Below are positions 1 to 19,695 of a DNA stretch of 64,000 bases, piece after piece. The notes beneath the pieces were generated by a model. The model was not told the DNA's origin. It worked only from the letters and a program-made list of their open reading frames with translations, and made no database searches. The DNA lies in assembly GCF_009914755.1 (NCBI RefSeq), contig NC_060925.1; one strand, written 5' to 3'. The translations under genes and the position numbers were made by a program. Position 1 is the first letter of the stretch; each line of letters begins with the position of its first letter. The DNA comes from the human T2T-CHM13v2.0 reference genome, Homo sapiens.

Positions 1-59
1 ACTTCAGTATGCATAACATCAAATAGAGTTAAAAATTTGTTAGTGTTCCCTATTTTCCT

Positions 60-5600
<5,541 letters not shown>

Positions 5601-6149
5601 TTTTCGCATTTGATGTTTCCCCACACCTGTCTAGTCTTTGCTACATTTTGCAGTTCTTCCATAAATTTTGAGGGTTAGGGTTAGAGTGCTCTATAATTTT
5701 GGAAAGGTAAAATAATTTGTATTTTTATGTCTTCAGTTAGTGTTTTTGAGGGATTTTTATGAGCAGAAAGACAGAGCTATAAGTACTCTGCTATGTTCTT
5801 TGGCTTCTTAATACTGGAGGGCTAAGGAAGTATTACGAATCTTAACTAATACAAAGATCAACATGGGTTATGCTGAGACCCTGAGGTATTCGTAGTTTAT
5901 GAAACTGCTATCAAACACAGAGGTGCTTAAGATATGAAGTGTAGAATTTGAAAAATAAACTCAATCTTAGCCTTTTGTGTATGTGAGTATGTTCTTTATT
6001 GAGTTATAATTTAAATGCAAGAAAATGTACCAGGTTCTAGCTTTATATTACCCATTGCTTTTCCAAATTTGTTTCTCTCTGTCTTTTTCTTCCGTAATCA
6101 CCATTTACTTTTATCTAACTCCTTACCATTTATGGTTTCATATAGAAAG

Positions 6150-6700
6150 TTTTGGCCAAAAGTAACAGAACTCAATTCAAAATGATTCTTTCCAGTGGTT
6201 CTCAAACTTTATGGGACCATGAAGATCACCTGCCCAGAGTTTCTAATTCTGTAGTTTTGGGGTGGTTTCTGAGAATTTGCATTCCCGACAAGTTCCCAGG
6301 TGATGTTGCTGCTGCTGATCTGGAAGCCACACTTTGAGAATCACTGGGATAAACAATTTAGAGATTTATTATCTTGCAGTGAAGGGTGGTAGGATGGTTC
6401 AATGGCTGGTTAATTTTCTATTTCAATGATCACATTATTCTTTATTCTCAGAAATAGGGTTTCTCTCTCATCATAGAGCAAGCTGTTTGTAGCACCTCAG
6501 GGGACAACAGTGTTCAGAGTGAGGAGGAAAAAGAAAGGCTGAATCCTCCTTATTTTCTGTGCGTTTCCATGAAGCACTCTCAACTGGTGAAAATTAGGCA
6601 ACACAATCTTTTCTAAACCTGTTTACTAGCCAGGAGGATGAAATTACTATCCATTATTAGATTGAACTAATCAAAACTTACTTCCTGGAACTGGCCCCAG
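6150..6700 (-). mobile_element. Old MaLR LTR fragment (MLT1K/L-like), interrupted by MER5A
   Basis: Degenerate MLT1 phrase at about 6620-6700 (tagccaggaggatgaaattactat...gaactaatcaaaacttacttcctggaactgg). Boundaries approximate. Confidence 0.4.
6193..6346 (-). mobile_element. MER5A (hAT-Charlie MITE), internally deleted
   Basis: TIRs cagtggttctcaaa ... tttgagaatcactg; internal gaatttgcatt..acaagttcccaggtgatgttgctgctgctg matches MER5A antisense. Confidence 0.9.
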
Positions 6701-7418
6701 TCTAAATAGCTAAATGAGATCTGAGCTTGGGGCTGGAAGTTGTTGGTTAAGTTGCCTAGCTGGGCAATGTGGCAGAACTATAAATTATTATATCTACATG
6801 TTTCCTATGGTCTTTTTACACTTTGGGGCCAGGCTTTCCCAGTTTATTTTCATCTGTTCAGTAGTTAACATCTAAGTGTTAAATGTCACATCAACACTTT
6901 TTGTTAATTAGCAAGAACAACAATGTCTCAACTGATTTTTTTCAAATTTACAAGTTCTATTCTTACTGTCTTTTAGAGGAATCAAATTCTGCAGTTTTTA
7001 TGTTAGCTGTGTAAAATATCTTCAATATTTGCTTCTATTTTGATTTTTCTTCCCTGTTTCTTTCTCTGTTACATACATATATAAAAATATGTGTATTTTT
7101 TTCTGTTTTTGGAATAAACTTGAAACAAGCTTTCTTCAGCTGAAATTATGAGCTTCTTTTTTTGTTGTTTTGGCTATTTTAGTGTTTCATGTGTTCATGA
7201 TTAAACCACAATGGCCTTGTTCTCGCCAGGTAATTATACCTTGTTTATAATAAAGAGACTGGAGAATTTCATAATGGAGCCCAGTACATGTTGAATAATT
7301 ATCATATCTGTGATGGTTTTATAGACATTTTATTGAAGTACACAAAAAATAAGTAATTAGTGTGATAAAAGTGAACATACCACCTCTATCATCAATCAGG
7401 TCAGTAAATTGAACATTA

Positions 7419-7703
7419 CAGTCAGCCCTCCATATCTGCAAATTCTGCATCCACAGATTCAACCAACCATGAATTGAAAATATTCAATATAATATATAAA
7501 AAGCAAAGTATAATGACTATTTATATAGTTTTTACATAGTATTAGGTACTGTAAGTATTTTAGGGATGATAAAGTATACTGGAAGAAGTGCCTAGGTTAT
7601 TTGCAAATACTATGTCATTTTATAAAAGGGACTTGAACAGTTGTGGATTTTGGTATTCCAGGGGTCCTGGAACCAATCCCCAGCAGATACTGAGGGATGA
7701 CTG
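7419..7703. mobile_element. MER2 (TcMar-Tigger MITE)
   Basis: TIRs cagtcagccctccatatc ... gatactgagggatgactg with TA duplications at 7417-18 and 7704-05; ggaaccaatcccc motif. Confidence 0.9.
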
Positions 7704-8484
7704 TATGTGCACCCTAAAAGTCTCTTTCAAACACCCTGCTACCTACCACACCTCTTCTCCACAAGGGAATATAGATTAGTTTTGACACATAATATAAATT
7801 GAATCATATAGTTTGAATTTTGTGTCATTCCTCTTCTGTTCCACCTTGTGTATGAGATTCCCTGTTTTTTCATGTACCAAGCAATTGCACCAATTTGTAT
7901 TCCCAGGTATATGAACATTCCAGTAGCTTCATATCATGACAATCCTTATTATTTTCTATATTAAACTTTAGCAGTTCTAGTGGATGTGGATAGCACTTAT
8001 TTTAGTTTTAATTCATATTTGTCTATGGCTAATGAAGCAGATTTTCATCCCAAATTTAATGTCTTACGTACATAAGACTATTTAGATTTCTGTTTTTTCT
8101 CATCAGTTTTGCTAAGTTACATTGTTGTAGTTATCTGTCTTGTCATCTGAATTTGCACTTATTTTGGCATATAGTTGTTTATAATAGCTATTTTTTAAAA
8201 ATCTCTACAAATTCTGAAGTGATGCCTCTTTTTCATTCCTAGTATTTATATCTTATTATTTATTAATATTTTAATTTTGCTTTTTTTTTGCTAGGGTTTT
8301 GCTAGGGTAATTTGCCCTTTCAAAGGCACACTTTCGGTTTCACTGTGTTGTTTTTTTTTTCCTATTGAGATTTTTTTTCTTTTATTTGATTAATTTCCAC
8401 ATGTTTTTCCTCCTTAATTTCCTTCATTCTGTTATCTTTGGGTTTAACTAACTGTTTATTCTCTAACCTTCTTGAAATGGATAC

Positions 8485-8886
8485 TGCTATGGTTTGAATG
8501 TTTTACTCAAAGTCCATGTGTTGGAAAGTTAATTCCCACTGCAGCAACCTTAACAGGATCTTTAAGAGGTGATTAAGTCATGAGGAATCTACCCTTGTGA
8601 ATGGGCTACCCTCATGCATAGGTTCATGCTATTACTGCAGGAATGGGTTTGTCATCATGAGATGGATTCATTATATGAGAGAGTTTGGTCTCTCTTGGGC
8701 TTTCTTGTGTTCTCTTGCCCTTCCACCTTCCATCATGGGACGACACAACCACAAGGCCCTCAGCAGATGCAGTCCCCTTAACCTTGGACTTTCCAGTCTC
8801 CAGAACTCTAAAAAATAAATTTCTTTTATTTATAAATTAACCAGTCTGTGGTATTCTGTTATAGCAACACAAAATGAATGAAAACA
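8485..8886 (+). mobile_element. MaLR solo LTR (MSTD/MSTC-like)
   Basis: Starts tgctatggtttgaatg; ends aataaatttcttttatttataaattaaccagtctgtggtattctgttatagcaacacaaaatg..aca. Confidence 0.85.
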
Positions 8887-9735
8887 ATTACATAAATAAT
8901 TTATTATCAACCTTTTTTCTTTAAATATGTATATTTCAGATTTAATTTACTTTAGATTTTTATTTTGTTAAAAATATCTAATTTTTCAGAGATTTCTTCT
9001 TTGACTTATGAACTATTTGGAATTATAGTTCTTAATTTCCAAATATCTGAGGGTTTTCTACATTTTAAAAATTGTTTTCTAGCTTAATGCCATTGTGTTC
9101 AAAACAAAATATGTATAGCCTCAATTATTTGAAATTTGTTAAACTTGTTTTATATCCTGGTGTATGACCAATGCTGAAAATGTTCTGTAGTTGCAGGATG
9201 CAATGTTCTATAGATAGCAATTAGTTCAAGTTTGTGAGTCATATGTTGCAAATCTGTGATTTCAATGATGTTTTATGTTTTTCTGATCAAGTATTGAGAG
9301 AGTTGTGTTAAAATCTCCTTTTATAATTGTGTTTGTGCTTGTGATTTCTTCTTTCATTTATGTCATATTTTGCATTACATATGTGTGTTCATGTATTTAG
9401 GTGAATACAAATTAATAATTTTTTTAGCTTCCTGGTAAATGAAACACTTTGTATTATGAACTCCCTACTATTACTTTTTCTATAAGAATTTGCATTCTGT
9501 ATTCTAAATAACTAGGTTATAAATTTTCAAAATATATCATTTTGGCAATATTCCAAAGTTTTCCAGCATTACATCCAAACGAATTGTTGTGTTACAGGCC
9601 TTTTGATGATACTCAGTTGTTTACTGGCTTTTTTAATTGCAAAAGTACTTTTAAGTCTTTTAGTAAATACTTTATGGTGCCTATTTGGCTTTGAAACCTT
9701 AAATTTTGAAGCAGACCTGTCACCTCATAATCACC

Positions 9736-10131
9736 TATTATAGTCTGTTTGGGCTGCCATAAGAAGAAATTATAGACTGGGTAGCTTAAACTACAGAAGT
9801 ATATTTTCTCACAGTTCGGGAGACTGGAAGTCCAAGATCAATGAGTCAGCAGGTTTGCTTTCTCCAGAGGCCTCTTTCCTTGCCGTGTAGATAGCTGCCT
9901 GTTCATTGTATCCTCACATGCTCTTCTGTGTGTGTACATCCCTGGTCTTTATTTGTGTGTCCAAATTTTCTCTTCCTATCCCCAGTCATATTGGCTTAGG
10001 ACCCACCTCAATGGCCTCATTTTAATTTAATCAAATGTTTAAAGGCCTTCTCTTCAAATATAGCCATATTCAGAGTTACTAAGTGTTAGACTTCAACATA
10101 TGCATTTTGGGGGTACATTTCATCCCGTAGC
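9736..10131 (-). mobile_element. MaLR solo LTR (MLT1A/B-like)
   Basis: tttctcacagttcgggagactggaagtccaagatc ... gacttcaacatatgcattttggggg: MLT1 antisense signature. Confidence 0.85.
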
Positions 10132-10739
10132 AGCATCACTGGCTACTACATCTACTACTAGATTTAGTAGGAAGGAATTTTATTATGCACTTTTCTGATG
10201 GTTACATTTTTAACAAACTGTTTATATGATATTGTTTCTTATTTAAATGCTTTTATGTAATTAAGAAATTTTCCTCTTCATTTTCATGAGCATTTGTATA
10301 TGTTACATGAATACCTCATAATACTCTTTAATATTTAACAACAAGTATTCTTTCAGTAATTAACATGTAAAATGCACAAAGAGAATATGCTTATTTGGAA
10401 AGGTTGCAAATAACACAATGGAATGTTGAAATAGCTCCTTGTATCAGAACATTCAGACAGACCTACATATTTTGAATACTTTTCTTACATTTTAGATAGC
10501 TCACAATCCAACCAGTCAGTCATTTTGATTCAAGCTTACTTGATTTAAAAAAAAAAAGAAAACTATAGTGCTTTCTTATGAGGCTCATAAGTCAATTCTA
10601 AATAGCCATCAATTTTCATCTGTTCTTGCTCATGTGTTGTTTGTCAAGAGTTGAGTGTTGTAAATTCCAGCCTGAACAGACAAACATTTTAGATGATATG
10701 ACAGACTACTATGTGCTTTTAAAAATATTAAAACTTTTT

Positions 10740-11096
10740 TTTTCTTCCTAGCCTTGATTTAAATTGAACGAGGCCCATGTGATTGAGTTCTGGCCAATAG
10801 AGTTTAGACAAAAATGATGGACACTATTTCCAGGCCGAAGTAATTAAAACCTTCTGTAATCATTCCTTCACTTTCTTTCCCCGTACTTTTGCTGAATAGA
10901 GATTTCTCAGTGGATTCAGAGGAGGGCAAAGCTATAATACAGAGGAGTCTAGATCCATAATTGGCAATATGGAAGGCTGTCTGCTGATCAGGAACATGTA
11001 ATTTACGCACATAAAAAACAAACTTTTATTGTAATATGCCATTGAAATTTGGGGCCTTACTTGCCACAGCAGCAAATATTTACTTAACAGAAACAT
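10740..11096 (+). mobile_element. Old MaLR LTR (MLT1J/K-like)
   Basis: gcccatgtgattgagttctggccaatag and 3' end aaacttttattgtaatatgccattgaaatttggggcc. Confidence 0.55.
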
Positions 11097-11598
11097 ATGG
11101 TCAATATGCAATTTTACATATTTACGTATTTCATATAATATTCATTGCTGAATTTTATTTTACTTGATTAAAATGTTATTGATGTTCTAAATGATGTCCA
11201 TAAAAAATTAGAAGTTTCTTCCACTGCTTCTTACTTCTCCATTCTTAACTTTCTCTACCCCACTTTGCATCATTTAGCTTCTAGTTTGATGAATTTTCTA
11301 CTTATTATTTCTCAAACATCAAATAATTCCCTCTATACATTTGTTTTTCTGGTATATCTTCTCCCACATGGTCATTGAAGTCCTGCATTTTCTGTTAAAG
11401 GCTTTATTATTATTCAGTGAATTATTATGTTATGACTCTTATTTCTGAACCATTATTTTGAAGGACTCTAGTCTTTATCAAGTACCTCTTACGAACCACT
11501 ATATATTGTAGGCGTATTTAATGGCTACAATCAATTGAGTGCTCACTATGTGCCAGATGCACATAAACAAATTCGTTCAATCACCAGAATTACCTTAT

Positions 11599-11601
<3 letters not shown>

Positions 11602-11664
<63 letters not shown>
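11602..11664. repeat. Compound (AT)n(AC)n microsatellite
   Basis: Directly visible. Confidence 0.97.
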
Positions 11665-11944
11665 GTGTCTCACTGTATCACCCAGGCTACAATGCAGTGA
11701 GTGGCGCAATCTTAGCTCACTGTAGCCTCAACCTCCTGGGCTCAAGCGATTCTCCCACTTCAGCCTCCCGAGTAGCTGAGACTACAGGGGTGTGTCACCG
11801 TGTCCGGCTAAATTTGGTATTTCTACAAAGAGATGGAGTTTTGCCATGTTGCCCAGGCTGGTCTCAAACTCCTGAGCTCAAGCAATCCACCCTCCTTGGC
11901 CTCCCAAAGTGCTTGGATTACAGGCGTGAGCCACCGCACCTGGT
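11605..11944 (-). mobile_element. AluJ whose tail is a (TA)n(CA)n microsatellite, inserted in a MIR
   Basis: Alu body about 11664-11944; TSD ttatgagata at 11595-11604 and 11945-11954; MIR phrases on both sides (cattttatagaggaagaaactgagg). Confidence 0.92.
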
Positions 11945-12212
11945 TTATGAGATAGATTTTTCACTCTCATTTTATAGAGGAAGAAACTGAGGGATTAAAG
12001 ATGTGAAAAAGTTTACAACCTAGTGGGAATTTAAAAAATCATGCTTTTCCCACTACACCGCATGCTACTTACCTTTCATGAATAGTTTCTGTTTCTTTCA
12101 TTAAGCTTGAAATGCATCTTAGATATCTGGAGTCAAATATTGTGCTTTGCACCACAATTGTTCAGTAAATATTTGGTAGTTCATATCTACATTTGGGTTT
12201 CTTTCAGAGCAG

Positions 12213-12539
12213 TGTGTTTTGTTGTTGTTATTGTTTTTTGGTTTTTGGTTCTTTTTGGAAACAGGGTCCCATTTTGTTGCTCAGTTTGGAGTGCATTGGC
12301 CCAATCATGGCTCACTGCAGCCTCAACTTCCTGAGCTCAAGTGATTCTCCTGCCTCAGTCTCCCAAGAAGCTGGGACTACAAGTGTGCATCACCATGCCG
12401 AGCTAATTTATTCATTTTTTTGGAGAGAAGGGGTCTCATTATGTTGCCCAAGCTGGTCTTGACCTCATGGCCTCAAGCAACCTTCCCATTTAGGCCTCCC
12501 AAAGTGTTGGTACCACAGCGGGAGCTGCCACATCCAGCC
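12213..12539 (-). mobile_element. AluJ
   Basis: Diverged full dimer; TSD cagagcag at 12205-12212 and 12540-12547. Confidence 0.92.
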
Positions 12540-14599
12540 CAGAGCAGGTCTTTATTTCCGGAAAATGTACTTAGGTTTTAACCCTATGCTTGACCTCTCC
12601 ATTTGGCAAAGTCAACATCCATGTTCAAATGTCCAATACCATGATTCATTAGTCTGGATCCCTGGGAATTCAATCAGGAATTTCCTGGGATTGCAACTCA
12701 TATTCAAGTCAGGCATGGACAAATCCAGATTTATTGAGGTTATTGTATTTTTTAAGTGAAGGGGCTGGCATGTACCCAGAGCAAGTCTAGACCAGAACTG
12801 CCCTGTTGATATTTGTTACAGCTCAAAGTTCATATGTTCACCTGCAAGAATCTGTCTTGATATTCCATCTTCTATGAAATAATAAGCACTCAAAATTTGT
12901 CTGACTCATTATAGCCTTACCTTAGTTTATAATCTATGTTTCCCTGTAAGAAGAGAATTAGGAGATGTTTAAATGAAGATCAAAATGAGCAGAGTCTAAT
13001 TAGGGCTGCATTCTATAACAACCCTACTTTACTTATTTAATACTATTTAAAAGTTCATCTCATGTACTTTGGTCACTGAAAAATATGAAATTATTTTAAT
13101 TAATAATATCATAATGTTTACAATGTGTTTTCAGGTATTCATGAATTTTATATACATTTATTATTTCATGACAATTTATATATTTTATGCATTCCGTTTT
13201 CAGCAGAAAAATGGGTTGTAAATAAAGTAGGATAATTGCTAATATATATTCCATGACTTTAATGGCCTTTTCTTCCCTGTGGATCATTATTAGTTTTCTC
13301 CTAAAATCCCTTTTAATTAATCAAAAGAAAATAGGAGATTTCCATTAATATCTGAGCATCTTTTCACCTTAATTTGTTCTGAAACGCATGTGTGTCATGA
13401 ATTGTGAATCCTTGGACAGTTAGGGGGAAAATAAATGAAATTCATGTTTTCTTACATGGGTAAAACATGGTCACTTCATGATCTGATAGATTATAATGGT
13501 GCTCTTGGCCTTTCTTTTAGCACCTGTTTCCCTGAAAATATGTTTATTCAGGTTTCTCTGCCCTTTGTGTTTGACAGCCCCTGGGAATAGAGTGTTCATA
13601 AATGTGACACTATTAGACTCACTGACAGATTTTTAAAAATTATGTAAACCAAAGTCATATCATTTGAAAGTTTCATTTGGGTCTAAGGGATAAAGTAAGC
13701 ACATCTCACCAAGGACTGCACTTTACAGTGTGTACTCAGCAGAACTGCAAACACTAAGAAATAAATATCATTAACCTATGGGTCTCAGAAGAAAGAAAAC
13801 AACAAGTGGCCCCTGGGGATTTTGCTCGTAGGACAGATGCTATATTTAAAATTAAATTCTTCTCCTTTAAAATTAAGCCAGGAATTACATAAAGAGACAA
13901 TGAACACTGCGATACTTAAGAATATTGAAGACAACTATACTTATATGGTTTTTCTTTCTGATTTTAATTTGTATAGGTCCCAAAATATGAGAGAGAGTTT
14001 TCACTTAAAAACAGAAATGTTCAGGCAGAGCAAAATCCCAAATGAGGGGAGGTTACAGAAACATCAGGAGAGCAGAGTCCATTGTCACTGGGTATTGTGT
14101 AACTCACAAATGAAATTACTACTAACGTATCTTATGTCCCAAACTGAATTCACTGGAATAGCAGAAAACAAGTGATAGTTTTTCTGATTTCCTCTGGAAA
14201 GATGAGTGTGTGTCTGTACCTGGAATCTAATTACAGGCAAGCCACTAATAAAACTACGAGATACTTGACAATATGAGAGGGAAAATTGTACAAACAGAAA
14301 ATTTATGACAGTGATTCACAGCACCACTGCAATAAAAGAATCTAGTTTGAGTGACACTTCCTGAATAGTAATAAAAATTAGAAGCCCATTCAACCACCCA
14401 GGATATTATCAATATTTACTCCTTCTTTGGTTGTCAGTTTCATGTCATGCCCCCAAACCTCCTTTAATGGAAAGGAAAGAAATATAGGTTCTCCTCCCCA
14501 CATAAATTTAAAGAATAAGTCTTTAGCCTTTAGGACTCTTGTTTTTCTGCAGGCAAAAGCAAGGAATTCACTTTTGTCACTCTTGAGAAAAGCTGATCT

Positions 14600-14820
14600 G
14601 TGGTGAAGAGCACAATTTTAAAGCCAGACAGACTTAAACTTTGATACTAACATTTCCAAATGCTAGAAGAATGTGATCCTACCTGTTTAAGCACTGATTT
14701 TTCATTTTTAATATGAATATGATAATTGCTTGGGGAGGTAGTGGAATAATTAAATTAGGTATTATATTAACTGTGAAATGCAATGTCTTACAAAGGTAAA
14801 CACTGAATACACAGTAGCTG
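14600..14820 (+). mobile_element. MIR fragment
   Basis: aagagcac...aagccagacagactt...aattaaattaggtattata...cactgaatacacagtagct resembles a degenerate MIR. Confidence 0.55.
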
Positions 14821-14845
14821 AGAGAGAGAGAGAGAGAGAGAGAGA
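14820..14845. repeat. (GA)n microsatellite
   Basis: Directly visible. Confidence 0.95.
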
Positions 14846-14887
14846 AAAACAGACAGGGGATAAAGAGTGGTATAAAAACGGGGAAGA

Positions 14888-15222
<335 letters not shown>

Positions 15223-15852
15223 TTAAACCATGATTCTGCAACAACTTTTCAGACAACATGGTCCAAGCATTATCCAAATGATTTGGTCTTTTTAAAGCAG
15301 AAGTAAAGAAGAAATGGATAACTTTTGAAAAGTTACATTGAAGATGTTGGTTTTTCTACATAGAATTCTGGTTGGCTGCTGATTTAATTACATACCTTAA
15401 TTTAACAACTCCATAACTGGAGATTGATCTTTATCTGTTATTGATCATTAATTGAAAAATTCCCAAGGACACTCCCTAACTCTCATAGTAACATATACAG
15501 ACAGTGAAATACACTGGGTTGAATACCAGGTAAAATAAAGTATTAATGCAATTAGTAATCATTTCTGTAAGTGTAGCTAATAATTGGTTGACATTTTTAT
15601 TCTTTAATTCCTGGGTGTTATTTTTTCCTGAAGTGGATTTGTGGATTTGTGTCTTTACCCATTCTTGGCCAAAGACTGAGACCAAAATTAAACTACTTCA
15701 AGAAAACAGCAGTGTTCTGGAACATTGCCATTATTTTAAGTATTGGTAGAATTTCAGAAGCCTTTATTGACTATATCTTAATTCTTAGGGATAGTATTGC
15801 TATAGATAAATGATTGATTTTAGGAGACTTTGCTCAGGCTAATATCATAGCA

Positions 15853-16066
15853 TATATTAACAGTGAAATGCAATGTCTTGCAAAGGTAAACACTGAATAC
15901 ACAGTAGCTGAAAGAAAGTGAGTGAGTGAGAGAGAAACAGACAGGGGATAAAGACAGATAGAAAAACAGGGGAGAATTTAATCCGTGATTCTGCAACAAC
16001 TTTTCAGACAACATGGTCCAAGCTTCATCCAAATGATTTGGTCTTTTTAAAGCAGAAGTAAAGAAG
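15853..16066 (+). repeat. Local direct duplicate of 14763-15311 lacking the AluY
   Basis: Shared blocks tgaaatgcaatgtctt.caaaggtaaacactgaatacacagtagctg and tgattctgcaacaacttttcagacaacatggtccaagc...aagcagaagtaaagaag. Confidence 0.95.
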
Positions 16067-16949
16067 TAATCGGTGACTAATAAAAGTGCTAATTTTATCT
16101 CAAGTCAGCAGAGAATTCAAAAGTATAATTCTGCAGACTTATATACAGGCATTTCCTAATGATATACACAGAATTTAGCATCAAAAAATGAAACAAAACA
16201 AAACAAAACAAAAAAACAAAAGCTACAGAGATTGGGCACTATGTTCCATGGAAACATGAAAGCCGTTCCTAAAAACTTTCATGTCATGATAGGTATTATG
16301 GATATGTACAGCAATCAATTAATCAGCAATCACAACTTTTTTCCCCCATCTGTATTTATTTTGCTTGTCTGTGGGGAGGAAAGAAATGTGCAGAGGAAGG
16401 AGAGACTTTAAAGGGGACAGCAAAAATGCATAATTCTACTTTCTTCCTTTTCTTCCATCTCTTCCATACAGGGAGGCGAAGGTCCACAAGATCTAACATT
16501 CCAAAAATCCAGCCAGGGCCATACTTGGTTCTCAATTGTCAGATATGAAATTAGTTACAGAACTGCAGCTCTAGAGCAATGTTTTCCTCAGTGTGATCCT
16601 TAAGCCTCTGGTAGACTACAGGGAACTTGCCAACTTCATGGAAAAATAAAAACAGCAAGTCATTTATGTACTTCTCATGCCAAATGACTAGCAATTCTGT
16701 GTACTTTTACTCCAAAGAAAATTGGGCTATTTAGGGTAGAGTAAGGGTTAAAAAATTCAGTATCCTTAAGCAAAAACAGCATGTTACTAGAACTTGGATG
16801 ACCTGGTTAGTATTCCCGTAAGAGGTATGACTGCCACACAACTCTCATAACTTTGTAAAGCTCCTAGTCTGTCCATATACATGGAATTCTCTCAGTATTG
16901 GGGGAACAATGGAATTCTCTCAGTATTGGGGAAACATACTTCATTTTCA

Positions 16950-17265
<316 letters not shown>

Positions 17266-17470
17266 TTGTCAGTTGCTACATTTTTTTGCTGGTCATGTAT
17301 TATTTGAATTACTAATAGGTGGATCTTTTGAAACTTTTATTCATTCTGCTCTTTTGTTATCAGTTCAATTTTTATTTTGTTTTTTGTAATTGTTAGTTAA
17401 AACAAAGAACTTTCTGTATTTCCCAACTTCCAAAATTAGAATGTGGGAATGCAAAGAATAGTTTAAAAAC

Positions 17471-18203
17471 TGAAACTGCCTTTGCAAAAATGATAACTGA
17501 GGAAATTATGACAGTGAAAGAGATCAGCTCTAACTGATTCCATCTTGCTTCTAACCTTTAAGTTGTCCTTGTTCATTCAGGGGCATAGGCTGAACTAACT
17601 TTGGGAAGGAATTCAGTTCATGGTTTGACTCTGAAACAAAATTGATAATAGCCCTTTCCCGAAAAGACCCCTGCTTGCCTGGGGACCAGTATGCCTTTGT
17701 AGGACTAACAAACTAGCTGCAAGATTAGAAATTATGATTGAGGGGTCATGCAACCTCTGGCTGCAAGAGTCTGAACCTCCCCAAATGGCTCCTGGGGATA
17801 ATATCATTACTGCAAAACCTAAAATTTTTTAGGCTGCTTGAGATATTTAGCAGACCTTGCATTCAGTGGATCAGCTGACACCACCCAAACTGGTAATCTG
17901 GCTCAACCAGTTCTGCCATCCCACCCAGGAACAGAAGACACCAAGAGCAACAAAAATTTACTTTGACCCCCTATGATTCCATCAACAATTGACGCTACCC
18001 ACTTCCCAAGCACCTATCCACCGAATTATCTTTAAAACTCTGATCCCCAAATGTTCAGGGAGAATGATTTGAATAATAATAAAACTCTGGTCTTCTGCAC
18101 AGCTGGCTCTGCATGAAAAACTCTTTCTCCATTGTAGTTCCCCTTTCTTGATAAATCAGCTCTGTCTAGGCAGTGGGCAAGGTGAACCCCTTGAGTGTTT
18201 ACA
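17471..18203 (+). mobile_element. ERV1 solo LTR, LTR8A-like
   Basis: TG..CA termini (tgaaactgcctttgcaaaa ... gggcaaggtgaacccc..ttaca), 733 bp, 4-bp TSD aaac at 17467-70 and 18204-07. Confidence 0.9.
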
Positions 18204-18320
18204 AAACCACTGCTCTAGAATTGCTTATTCATCTTTTTACCATTAGAAGGAATGATGTTTTCCAGCATAGACTGACATAAACCAGTCCCCAATTAGAGGG
18301 ATTTTTAGAGATTTAATCCT

Positions 18321-18530
18321 TGATTAGACTGGCTAAGATCAGATTGCCTTTCTCAGAACATGGAGTCTAGTCTAGTCTTGCACTACTAAGAAGTCCAGTC
18401 TTGTCCTACTGGCTCCAGTTTATCAAGCTGGGTAGAAACATAATCATGCTGGACCAATCATATTTGATTGATAAGACATTTGGAATTGGAATTCAGAGAC
18501 TCTGGTTAGACTCTGGCAGTGCTTGTTGGA
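18321..18530 (+). repeat. Diverged copy of 20773-20960 (LTR16-like fragment)
   Basis: Shared ttgcctttctc.gaa.atggag, ccagtttat.aagctgg.taga, gctggaccaatca, aagacatttggaattggaa. Confidence 0.8.
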
Positions 18531-19393
18531 AAGCATTGGTCTTAATATGCAAAAAAACTGAAAAGGGCAGCAAAATGGTTTTCATTAAACCATGGGTTCT
18601 TTGTCCTGCTTTTCTAAAGTTAGAGAAAGTAATCCTAAGAGTTTTGGAGGTATCTACATTTTTAGTAAAATCTCCAAGTTTTTACATAGGCAGAATATGC
18701 TAATCAAGAAATGGGTCCATTTCTACCTATAAACCGTGACTCATGACACTCAAAATGGTTAATGTTAATCTATGAGAGAGAAGTATGGTCACTAAAATGA
18801 CAAATCAGAGTTATATTTTTGTTTGTGTTCCCAAGGGCAATGTATTTAAGAAGGGTCTTTTGCTTTCAGTTGGCACTCACAACTGGAAGTGCCCATTCAA
18901 AATCAAATCTCTTTTTATTTACAAATGATTATTAATGGTATAAAAAAGGCAGATAGAACCCCCTATTGAAGAGAGAAGTCCTCAAAAACTCACTTGAGAG
19001 TTTTTAAACTTTATTATGCTCAATATCTATGGACATGGAAGTTCAATTAAATATGGTCTATGAATTTGATAATTATTCAGATCATTTGCCCTGCTCTCTG
19101 ATATATGTCTCTGGCAGCAAAGCATAGATATAGTAGCATAGCATACATGTATTTATCTGATAGCCTAGATATATTAATAGTATGTATAATATATAATACA
19201 TCTATGCAGGAAAATAGATAGTATATATTTCTAAATCTTTTCTATCAAAGATATAAGAATAGAATATTTTAGTATTCTCTTTATTCTTAAAATATTATTT
19301 GGGAAGTCTCTAGGGTAAAGCAACAAAAGATGAAAACATGCTATCCTTCTATTTTAGGGAATAGCAAATTAAGTTGCCATAAGAAACTCTCTT

Positions 19394-19695
19394 GGCCGGG
19401 TGCGGTGGCTCATGCCTGTAATCTCAGCACTTTGGGAGGCTGAGGCGGGCAGATCAGCTGAGGTCAGGAGTTGGAGACCAACCTGGCCAACAGGGTGAAA
19501 CCCTGTCTCTACTAAAAATACAAAAATTAGCCTGGTGTGGTGGTGCATGCCTGTAATCCCAGCTACTCAAGAGGCTGAGGCACGAGAATCGCTTGAACCC
19601 GAGAGGAGGTGGAGGTTTCAGTGAGCCAAGATTGCATCACTGCACTCCAGCCTGGGTGACAGAGCGAGACTCTGTCTCAAAAAAAAAAAAAAAAA
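19394..19695 (+). mobile_element. AluS
   Basis: Full dimer from ggccgggtgcggtggctc to A17 tail. Confidence 0.95.

Larger units (their letters stand above)
7320..9470 (-). mobile_element. Old L1M fragments hosting the MER2 and MST insertions
   Basis: Antisense L1M phrases (gtattgagagagttgtgttaaaatctcc; cttaatgccattgtgttc; attcatatttgtctatggctaatgaag). Boundaries approximate. Confidence 0.6.

Noticed and set aside
13822-14175. 117-aa ORF in apparently unique DNA
   Set aside because: TTG start, no recognisable domain, no clear exon structure; length plausible by chance.
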